DNA of 64,000 nt, taken from Chara braunii (taxonomy: Eukaryota; Plantae; Charophyceae). Shown here piece by piece: positions 12,890 through 23,180 of this stretch. Location: NCBI GenBank assembly GCA_003427395.1, contig BFEA01000005.1, positions 3,247,520 through 3,311,519 on the forward strand. The letters are read 5' to 3'. Position 1 is the first letter of the stretch; the number at the start of each line of letters is the position of its first letter. The notes under the pieces are model-generated. The model did no database searches, was not told the origin of the DNA, and worked only from the letters and a program-made list of their open reading frames with translations. Position numbers and translations under genes: made by a program.

Positions 12890-13399
12890 NNNNNNNNNNN
12901 NNNNNNNNNNNNNNNNNNNNNNNNNNNNNNNNNNNNNNNNNNNNNNNNNNNNNNNNNNNNNNNNNNNNNNNNNNNNNNNNNNNNNNNNNNNNNNNNNNNN
13001 NNNNNNNNNNNNNNNNNNNNNNNNNNNNNNNNNNNNNNNNNNNNNNNNNNNNNNNNNNNNNNNNNNNNNNNNNNNNNNNNNNNNNNNNNNNNNNNNNNNN
13101 NNNNNNNNNNNNNNNNNNNNNNNNNNNNNNNNNNNNNNNNNNNNNNNNNNNNNNNNNNNNNNNNNNNNNNNNNNNNNNNNNNNNNNNNNNNNNNNNNNNN
13201 NNNNNNNNNNNNNNNNNNNNNNNNNNNNNNNNNNNNNNNNNNNNNNNNNNNNNNNNNNNNNNNNNNNNNNNNNNNNNNNNNNNNNNNNNNNNNNNNNNNN
13301 NNNNNNNNNNNNNNNNNNNNNNNNNNNNNNNNNNNNNNNNNNNNNAGTCCCACCATTAGTCCTCTTTCATCCTGTATTTCTTAGTAGTGTATATTATAC

Positions 13400-13437
13400 C
13401 TGTCTCTTATACACATCTAGATGTGTATAAGAGACAG
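13400..13437. other. Nextera mate-pair junction adapter (assembly artefact)
   Basis: CTGTCTCTTATACACATCT+AGATGTGTATAAGAGACAG, the head-to-head Tn5 mosaic ends; preceding 13346-13399 duplicates 18720-18773. Confidence 0.98.
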
Positions 13438-13507
13438 GTGTGTGTGTGTGTGTGTGTGAGGTAGAGAGAGAGAGAGAGAGTCTTTGTTAGAGAGAGAGAG
13501 AGAGAGA

Positions 13508-13581
<74 letters not shown>

Positions 13582-13843
13582 CGACAAGGACGGCGACGGC
13601 GATGGCGGCACACGCGGCGTAGAAGACAATCCGCTCCGTCCTCGGCACGGGACATGTGGCGCGTCGCTCATGGGCGCCCGTATGTACGGACGTGCCATAC
13701 GTACGCAACATACGTACGGAGGCGTGGCCGTCCGTACGGCCCGGACCCCTAAGGCGTCGGAGGGTCCAGGGCGCGTTCTGGGCGGCAAGGGGGGGCACGG
13801 TTCGGGCCTTGTCCACGTTGGGGCCACTTGTAGGGTGTGAACG

Positions 13844-16800
13844 ATGGCACCTAGAAAAGGAAGGGGAGAGCAGCAGTTTGTCCCAGTCAGTAAGGACAAA
13901 CAGAGGCAGGCGGAGCTCAAGTTCGGCGGATTCAAGTGGATAACGAAGGGGCTAACACTGCCGGACTCCAATGGGAATTTTCTCATGGAGTGCAAGTTGT
14001 GCGGCCGGGGTTTTCAGGGCAGTCAATCGAAGGCCGCACAACACTTCACTATAAAGAACAACTGCGCTAAAGTCACCACGGAGCAGCTCGCTGAGATCTG
14101 GAACAAGACAAACTACTCGTTCGATCAGAGCCACCATCGGAAGATCATCGACTTTCTGGGGTCTTGTGGGTTTCGAGACAATAGAAATACTTCAGGGAGG
14201 GAGCAGGCGGGGGAGGAGTATGACGACAGAGAGCAGGAGAGGAGGGCGGCCGAGGGGGTAGGTGATGATAGTGACAGTGATTCACAGGACATGGACGTGC
14301 GGCGAGAGGCGGAGCGCGCCAGGGGAAAGATGAGGGGGGACAAGGCCGTTGCCGAGGACAGCACCTCGGACGAGCACGACGATGACGACGATGACGACGA
14401 CGATCAGGGTGCAGACCTTGGGGCGTCTCTTGATGGGGGTCTGATGGCCGCTGGCCGTCGAGGCCAAGAGGGGGCTGCCAAAGCGACGAAGGACGCCGTG
14501 CAATCGAAGAAGAGAAAGAGGAAGGCAACGACACCAACTCCTCCTCTGCTGAAGAAGGGCAAAGTCCTTCGATAGACTTCCATGATAGAGACCTTCGATC
14601 CGGTGTGGCAACGAGAGTTTTCGAACAAGTTCCTGCAGTGGTGGTACGTGAGCGGGATTCCATTCGAGGCGGCGAGGAGGCCGGAGTACCAGCGAGTGAG
14701 GAAGCGGTTGCTCGAGTGTCTGCCGTATACACATCCTGCGTTGCCCACGCACCGTCTCATTTCCGGCGACGGTATTCCACAACAGCAGCGAGTTGTGGCG
14801 GAGATGGTGGTGGTCGTCCGCAAGGACATTGTGGCGACGGGAGCGACCATCCTCACGGATGGTCGCAAGTCCATCACTAGCAACCAGATCGTCAACTTCC
14901 TTGCCGCTGGGCCCACGGGAGCCTACCTTTTCAGGACTGTGCAGCGCGACGGTGCTGTCCAGGAGACAACCGAGGTGGTGGTGGAGCGATGGAAGGACGT
15001 GTTCGACAACTTCCGTGTCGAAAACGTCAACGCGATTTGCACGGATTCTGCGTCCGCGTATGTGGCTGCATCCAAGCTCCTGGCGAAGGAGGAGGTCAAG
15101 TACAGTCGCATTACTTGGCTTCCGTGTGCGGTCCATGTCTGCAACTTGTTGTTGTCAGACATTGCGAAGGACGGCACTCCCGGGAAGCTTGGGAAGAGGG
15201 AGGACACCATCATCAGGGCTTGAGCAGTCGTGCGGTTCATCAGAGAGCACGAGGCAGCTATCAGCCTTTACCGACGGTTCTCTGCCGCCCACCCCTCTTT
15301 CGCCTCCGCAGTTGCGGCCAGTTCGAGCGCTGCGCCACCCTCGTCTCAGCGGCGAGGCAGAGAGCTTGTGTACCCCGCACAAACGAGGTTTGCTACCCAC
15401 TACTTGATGCTGGAGAGGTTGTTGGATCGTCGCCGAGCGTTGGAGGCGTTGATGATGAGCGACGACTGGTTGCGGACTGCATGGAGGAGGTTCATTTTCT
15501 TGCAGGCCAGGTGGGTGCGTCATCAGGTGCGGTACACGCCATTTTGGGAGCTCGTGGAGGACATCGTGGAGCTCATGACGCCTTTGATGCAGCTGTAACG
15601 CCGTCTGGACAGAAGGGGGCGCGTGATGACTCGCATGTGGCCGTGGGCACTTGCCATGGTCGACAGGGTGGCGAGGGGGAGACTGAATAGGACGTCGAGG
15701 GAGGAGCTCAACATCGTTGTTAGGCTTGTCAGGCGCAGGCCGATCATATGTTGGAGCTCGCACATTGCATCGCCCACCTCCTCAACCCTCGCAACAGGAG
15801 CATCACGTTTTTTGGAGCGACGAGGCGCACCACGCACGATAAGACCCTCGTGGACGAGTCGCTCCGATACCTTCGCCAGCAGACTGGCGGAGATGAGGAC
15901 TTGTATCAAACGTTGCGCACGCAGTTGGCTGAGTTTCTTAGCCGGGAGGGCGATTGGACGTACGGAGGGGTTGAGGGTGACAGGGACGCGGCCTCTTGCA
16001 GAGGGGAGAAGGAGACGTCGAAGGTGGGGCAGTGATGGGTTCAGCACGGGGACGGGGTCCCTCTCCTTCAGACTTACGCCATTCGCCTAACACACACATG
16101 GACGTGCGTCTCTCCAGCGGAGAGGAACTGGGCCGTCCATGAGCGTGTTCAGGTGAAGAAGCGTAACCAGCTTGGTTTTATCAAGCTGGCTCGTTTGGTG
16201 GAGATATCCACCAACTTGAGATTGAGTCGTTGTCAGGGAGGGGTTCAGGGTACGTTCTGCCATGGGAGGACGCTGAGGAGGAGACAGAGACAACATTCCT
16301 CCACCTCGTGATGAGGTGGTTCGGCCAGCTGACCGAGTCACGGAGGTGCAGCGCGAGCGGCAGGTGCAGCGCGGGCGGAAGGATCGCCTTTCCAAGGCTC
16401 CGCCCAGCGTCGAGACATATTTCGGTCGTCGCGCCACGGTGCTCATGCCGACTGAGTTGGACGCCGTGTACGATCCCGAGCCGGATTCTATGGCTCAGGA
16501 CCCAATGGAGGCGGAGCCGTGGTCTGATCCAGACGACCTGGCAGTGGAGTCTGAGCCCGGAGATTCTGATGATGGTGGCGACAATGTTTCTCTCGCCGAG
16601 ATATTGCATCCTTGGACGCGTGCTTCCACTGCATCCGCTGCGCAGCATCCTCCTCCCCCTCCACCTCCGCCCCCGAGTGCGCGTCCTTCCACTGCATCCG
16701 CTGCGCAGCATCCCCCTCCCCCTCCACCTCCGCCCCCGAGTGCGCGTGCTTCCACTGCAGCCGCTGCGCAGCATCCCCCTCCACCTCCACCTCCGCCTTC

Positions 16801-18721
16801 GAGTGGTCGTGCTCCCACTGGAGCCGCTGCGCAGCATCCCCCTCTACCTACAGATCGTCCAGGACATGGCGAGCAGGGGACTCGCGAGATTGTTGACGAG
16901 CGAGACGGCGACGACGACGATGATAGAGAGTGGTACGAGGGCAGCGGTGAGGACGAGGATGATCTCACCTATTCCCCGAGACGCGGACGTGGTGACGACG
17001 ACGACGACGACGACGAGGGCAGCGATGGTGCACATGCTGCAAGTGGTTTGCGGAGGTCATATCGACATCGTGTCGACCGATGCAGTGGTGCAGGCAGGGA
17101 GGACAGCGGTGCAGGCAGGGGTGTGGGGGGCGCAGGACACACAGGGGGTGCGGGCCGTGGTGGCGGAGGACGGGCGAGGCGAGAGTCTGCATCCTCCACT
17201 CGCACTGTGCACTGGGTTGATGAGGGTGCCGCGACAGGAGAGGTTGGCGCCGGGTCGGCAGAGTTTGCTGTTGCATCGGCAGAGGCCGCTGCAGAGGCCT
17301 CTCCCTCCGCCGGAGAGTTCGCAGTGGCATCTGAGGAGGTCCCAGGGGGCTTTGCAGAGGTTGCTGGCGAGGCTGTGCAGGTTGGGAGGGCTTCTGCGCA
17401 GTTGGGTGTCAGTTTTAGTGGTATTCTTGATGTTTCGTTGGGGCTTCCTCCGACACCGGCAGGCGAGCGTGGCAGTGGTGACGCAGCGGCTACGCCCGTC
17501 AGTCAGATACTCCGGGATGTACCTTCATGCAGCATGGGTGACATCAGTAGCAGCATGTTGCAGGAGGCAGCAGCGGGGACACAGGGTTCGTCGGGGCAGG
17601 AGGAGTGTGCAGCAGGGGACGGTGGGGATTGTCGACCTGAGCAGGAGCGAGCGATAGAGTCGGAGCAGGACAGGATCGACCGAGAGGAGAGGGAGAGGGC
17701 ACACGACTTGGCTAGCCGTTGCGAGATGACACAGAGTATTGCGTCGAGGGCACGGGCAGAGCGGATGCTCGAGACGGGCGGTGGTGAGGGTCATCGTGCG
17801 ACGGACGATGCAGTGCTTGAGTGTGGAGGCGCGGGCGCCGGGGATGCAGGCGAGAGACCCGCGTCGCCGGTTCAGGGTGTTTGTATATTGCCTATCGGTG
17901 GAGCCATGACGGCGGGGGAGTTGGAGCGACAGGTACGAGAGGACCCATTGCAGGCAGATCAGCGCAGACGGATGGACGAGGCATCGAGGAGGTTCATGGC
18001 AGAGGGCCCAGCTTACGTGCCCTGCAGCCCGTCACTGCCATCGTCCACCACTGGTGCCACTACCTCCATACATGCTGAGGGTCCAGTCACGGGACGGATT
18101 ACCGCACCGACACCTGCAGAGTCTCCTTCTCCCAAATCACGGAAGAAGAAGATGAGAGCAGGTAAGAGTCTCAGTACTGTGAGGAGGGTGACACATGCGA
18201 TGCGGGAGACTCAGCCCGGGCTGGCCGGTTTACATCCGCGGACTCGGGAGGCATTGGCCCTGGACGTTGTCGCGGAGACAGTAGGTTGGTGGGAGAGGGG
18301 CTCCAGCCGGGCAACGGAGCAGCCCATCACAGCACCTACTAAGGCGAAGATGCCATGTACTGGGGGGCGCACAGCAGGTAGGGGGGAGGAGGCGGAGCAC
18401 AGCGCCCCCCCGGGAGGAGCATGGCCGGACGTCTATTGGGGGAGGATGTGAGGACGGTGCCTGCGCAGCGACCGTCACAGGCAGGAGTCGTTTTGGAGTT
18501 TGGTACCGATGATTTGGAGATGCCTCGTGGCCAGCGGAGGAGGGCTTCCGTGTACGACCTTCTTCGAGCACAGCACGAGGTTGACGCGGCGCCACAGGGG
18601 GGGGGTTCATGCTCCGGATACTGCGCACCGGCCGGTAGGCGACACAGGTGGCGGCGACGGTGTCAGAGGTGCGGTGCCGCAGAGGAGGAGGAAGGACATT
18701 GTGGACGACGATGATGTTTAG
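13844..18721 (+). pseudogene. hAT transposase (BED finger, DUF659/RNase H-like core, dimerisation domain) with long low-complexity C-terminal extension
   Basis: CKLC..HF..C; ISFEA-like IPFEA; TILTDG; AICTDSA; WLPCAVH; TRFAT; AHLLNP; SPAERNWAVHERV; several stops and one frameshift. Confidence 0.9.
16615..16845 (+). repeat. 60-bp coding tandem repeat (~4x ARASTASAAQHPPPPPPPPS)
   Basis: Directly visible in ORF 16316-18451. Confidence 0.85.
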
Positions 18722-19818
18722 TCCCACCATTAGTCCTCTTTCATGCTGTATTTCTTAGTAGTGTATATTATACTTAGTGCTTCGGATGACGTGATGTGTT
18801 CATAGGTGTAGTGTTTATTAGATTTGTATTTGTACAGATGGTTAGACTAATGCACAATTGTCCATATACAGGTGCAGTAGGTGCAGATTGTTGTTTCTTT
18901 TTCGTTTTATTTTTGCATCGATGTTTCTGAGGATTGCACTCTATATTCAGACATGGGCACAGCATCTGCAGCGCTTGCATTGTTTTTGTTTTCCCTCTAC
19001 GTTGTTATCGATGTTTCAGACGATTGCACATTGTATTCGCACATTATTTGATTGAGTTCAATCTTCATGTTTCATTTATTGTTGTGTATGTATGGTGCAG
19101 TTGTTTCGTGTTGTTGTTANGTTGCCCTGTAATGTTGTACTTTCTAAATTTTTGCAACGATTGTCACTCGCACATAATCTTCAATGAGTCAATGCTTTTG
19201 AAAACTGTTTGTAATTGTTATTGTTTGAAGTCCCTGCAATGTACATTTATGCTTATTTCATCCTGATGTTCGTTCGCCTGTGAACCATCGTCCACCACTG
19301 GGCCCAAAAGGACCCTCACACGGTTAACCATCGTCCACCACTGGGCCCCCCAAAACGACCCTCACACGGTGAACCAATGCACCACACAACAACTCCCCCT
19401 AACGACCACCTTCCCTGCTCCAATTTTTTTATTTTTATTTTTCACATATTCAACACCTCCACACATACCCCCCAGCGGCGAACACGCCCCTCCGTACCCC
19501 CCCAAAAAATTATTAAACCCCTACCCCTCATCACCCCAACGAAAACGAAAAGCGTTTTTTTTTTTTTTCTTTTTTTTTTGCAGACGGACTCCCCACAACA
19601 CCCTACACCCTCCCTGAAAGACCCCGAACGGATGTACGGAAGTCCGTGCGTACGGCCCGTACAGCCCCCGGGGTCCCGTACGTACGATCGTACGTACGGG
19701 AGTACGTACGGCCCGTATACGTACGGGCGAATACACAGAGATGCAGGGTCAATTTTTTCATGCACTTAACATATGCAGAAGATTTGCAAGACTGTCAGTG
19801 GTTGTACATTTTCCTTAC

Positions 19819-20151
19819 CTCGGCCCAAATTGTCGTTACACTCCTTATCATGACACTTGATATGCCATGTCTGTGCCTGCATGTTGACAACAAACATGAC
19901 TGTTTCACAAGGCATACGAATAAAAACAAACAAAATATAAGTACAAACCATTTGTACTTTAAATTTTCAACAAAAAACTTCAAGAGTCAATTGCAGAAGC
20001 CTAATATAGTAAATACACTGTACCACAAAAGTTTTTTGAACTCACCATTGTTTTTAGCGTGATGACGTGCCACATGGGCAGTACCTTGTTCCATGCAGCT
20101 GATAAACAATATTATTGTCCTCAGCATAAACGGTGACACTTTGGATCTTGC
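19819..20151 (-). pseudogene. Two exons encoding a PrimPol/UL52-type zinc-finger domain (one frameshift)
   Basis: Exons 20046-20151 and 19819-19899 with CAG/GT boundaries, phase-1 intron: KIQSVTVYAEDNNIVYQLHGTRYC-fs-HVARHHAKNN|VMFVVNMQAQTWHIKCHDKEC, matching the PrimPol C-x6-H-xxNN...WxxKCHDxxC pattern. Confidence 0.75.
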
Positions 20152-20774
20152 CTGTAAGCAAATTGACATCCACATGCATGAGTCAGAAGTAGTGTCCTGA
20201 CAAAATAATTCACCAGTATTCAAAAAAGGAAAGGACCCGGGGTCCTGGATGGCCGAGGTGGAATAGCAAAGGGAGAGCAGAGAATTGACCACGACCAGCT
20301 AGTCAGGGACTACAAGCTTATCTTCACGAACTGAACGGCAGTGCATCGATCAGTTACCCGTTCCCTCCCTCTCTCTTTTCCACTGTAAGTCAATAATGGT
20401 ATGGGGGTTAGCAGAGTAGATGATAGGGGAGCTCCTAGTACTAATTCGAAATTTGGAGGCGTGGGGAGTGGTCTAATGAGGCAGAACGCCCCCATATCCG
20501 CCCCCAGATTTCCCTATTCCCCAAAGTTGTCCTTTCCTTCGCCGGGGGGGCCAGAGACTATTGTGCAGCCTCGCTGCTTACCTTGCATTGCCGCATTGTT
20601 TTCTTTCTGCTCGTTGTATGCCTGGTTGCTTACGTTGCCTTGTTGCTTTGCTACCACGCTGTCTTGCTGCCTTGCTGCCTCACTTCCTTGTCAGAAACCA
20701 AATTCACATTCAATATCCAATCAGGCCACCCATTCGTCCACTCCTCCCCCTGATGTTCCATGATAGTATGTTTT

Positions 20775-21005
20775 GTTAGGTGGCCAATGACCAGCGTCTT
20801 GTCCTCTTTGGAAATCAATCTATCATGAAAATTTGAAGGCGACCGTTTCTCCACAGCCGCATGAACTGTTGTGAAATGATCCTGTGTTGATAACGAAAGA
20901 CCCTCATACACATGAGTCAGATCACAAAGGTTGAAGATATAATGGAATCTCGAGGGTGTAGGAGGCAACTTTTCCACGACAAAGTTGTACAGATGTAATG
21001 TTATT
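20775..21005 (-). pseudogene. Axonemal dynein heavy chain fragment (lid after AAA3; most like the I1-alpha/DNAH10 type)
   Basis: LYNFVVEKLPPTPSRFHYIFNLCDLTHVYEGL...; FMRLWRN in a shifted frame; FHDRLISKEDK. Confidence 0.85.
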
Positions 21006-22016
21006 TATGTTAAAGGAGCACTGACATTCTATACCCACCGACCCACACACACACAAACTTAATCAGCAAGGTTTTGTTTTTCTTTTTGTATGGAATTCGG
21101 TCGATGAGTATGTTGCCACCATACCTCACTTCCCCAAAAGCGGGCCCGGCTTTCCGTACCGTACAAAAGATGAGCCCGAACAAATGAATGGTAATAGGAA
21201 CAAAACGACATTGATTACTCTAGCCAAGACTAGAGGTAGCCTTTGCTGGGACTGGTATTGGACTGTTTTCCAGATTTTTTGGTTTGCGAATCGTTTGTTT
21301 GTTTGAAGTTTGAACCTCTTACTTGCCAGATATTAGCTAGGAAGTTTTTGGGTGNNNNNNNNNNNNNNNNNNNNNNNNNNNNNNNNNNNNNNNNNNNNNN
21401 NNNNNNNNNNNNNNNNNNNNNNNNNNNNNNNNNNNNNNNNNNNNNNNNNNNNNNNNNNNNNNNNNNNNNNNNNNNNNNNNNNNNNNNNNNNNNNNNNNNN
21501 NNNNNNNNNNNNNNNNNNNNNNNNNNNNNNNNNNNNNNNNNNNNNNNNNNNNNNNNNNNNNNNNNNNNNNNNNNNNNNNNNNNNNNNNNACCGGAAGATG
21601 AGGTAGCGTTGTCGTCCTTCTTTGACGATGACGTTGCGGTTTGACTTTGGTCGGGGGTTTCGCACTTTCATCACTCATCACTCTCATGAGCTTCACGGGA
21701 TTGCACTGTTAACATTTCACCTGTTAAGTTGTGTTAACGTGTATTTTTTCTGAGAGGAATGATGTCTTTGATGATACGGCTGCGTTGACTTTGAGTCGTG
21801 TGTTGTACTGCTTGTACCTTGCAGTCTGTCGTGTGCTGTGCTTCTGGCATCTTGCAGTCTCTACCATTCTATCACCTAGGGTCGTAACCAGTTAGGAAAT
21901 CGTACCTAGCGGCGGTGGCGGCTTTTAACAGAGAATCCAGTGAGTTCCGCGAAGACTTTCGTTCGTTGAGGATTGGGAGGTTTGATTAGAAGTACGAGTT
22001 CCGAGTGCAGGGGAAG

Positions 22017-23180
22017 ATGGAAGGAGGAGGGAGTGGGGGAGTACCTCCGGATAACCGAAAATGTTATAAATGCGGGGAAGGTGGCCATTTCATTCAGGAT
22101 TGTGCGGAGTACTGGCAAGCGAAGGCACTCGGACGTACATTTGTGCCATCAGCGTAGACGAACACGCAGGCACCTGGGAGGTCCAGGATGTCGAGCACGG
22201 ACACTTTGGCACGAAGAAGTTGGTCTACTGAGAGCGGTGGTGAGAGAGGAGTTGGTGATGACACGAACTCGTTAATGAGGGAATACTTCATACAAATGGC
22301 GGAAAAGAGAAGACTCCGCGTTGAAAGAGAAAATGAAGAAGTCAGACTGTGCAAAGTAGAAGAGGAGAGATGTGCAAAAGAAAATCGATGTTTGATGAGA
22401 CAGGAGGAGCGAATTAAACTCGAGGAAGAAAGAGACACCAGGCTGTTGCAGATCATCCATAGCGAGATGAGGAAGCACGAAGAAGATAAAAGGGAAAGAT
22501 ATGAGAGGAAAGGGAAAGGGGCAGCTAGAACTATTGGACACAGTGAGGCGATCGAAGCTGAGAAAGAAAGGTTGCGTCGCCTGATAGCTCCCGAAGCCCT
22601 TGAAGCTGCTGACGAGGCAAAAGACGAGGAGTTACGTACCTTGAGGAGGATGGCGGCAAGAATGAACTTGATTGAGAAGCGGAAAAGGGGACCCGACTTA
22701 CCGGTTGGGAATAGTCCCCCAGTGAGTACACCCGAGAAGAAGGCGAATACGAAACTGACTGAAGAATCGAAGGCTCGTATCGAAGTGTTGAAGCAGAAAC
22801 TTGGGACAGATTTGGGGACCGCCAGCACACTGACGAAGATTGACCTCTCACTCAAGCATATTACAGCATCTTGCGGTGTTGGCGGGAAAGAGCGCTTCGA
22901 ACGCGACTGCCATGATTTTTACGACTCCTTGACCGTCGAGGAACTCAAGGAAGCATGTCGGCGAGAGAGAGTTGCTTATGGAAAGAGAGAATTGGCGATT
23001 AAACGTCTTGTGATTCGTAGGTCCGCGGTGGCATACGACCCGGCGAACATTCCGTTACCTTCAACTCCGAAAACGGTAGCAAGGAGCACCAGAGGGGTTG
23101 TGATCCGAGAAGTCAAGGAGAATGCCGCCACTGACTTTTCGGATTCCGATGCTTCCTATTCGAACGACGAGTCGGATTAG
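22017..23180 (+). pseudogene. PLE-2 ORF1: CCHC zinc knuckle + coiled coil + SAP-like motif (one internal TAG)
   Basis: ATG 22017 in frame with ORF 22188; CYKCGEGGHFIQDC at 22062-22103; E/R/K-rich helix; LTVEELKEACRRERVAYGKRELAIKRL. Confidence 0.8.

Larger units (their letters stand above)
11381..19738 (+). mobile_element. hAT DNA transposon, full length, decayed
   Basis: 8-bp TSD AGATGCAG (11373-11380, 19739-19746); imperfect TIR CTGTGT....CCCGTACG; dense CGTACG subterminal repeats at both ends; internal transposase. Confidence 0.93.

Noticed and set aside
13400-13437. Genuine Tn5/IS50 ends
   Set aside because: Exact Nextera junction adapter at a gap edge.
14145-17330. Antisense ORFs over the hAT and ParB-like regions
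   Set aside because: GC-rich shadows of the plus-strand coding frames.
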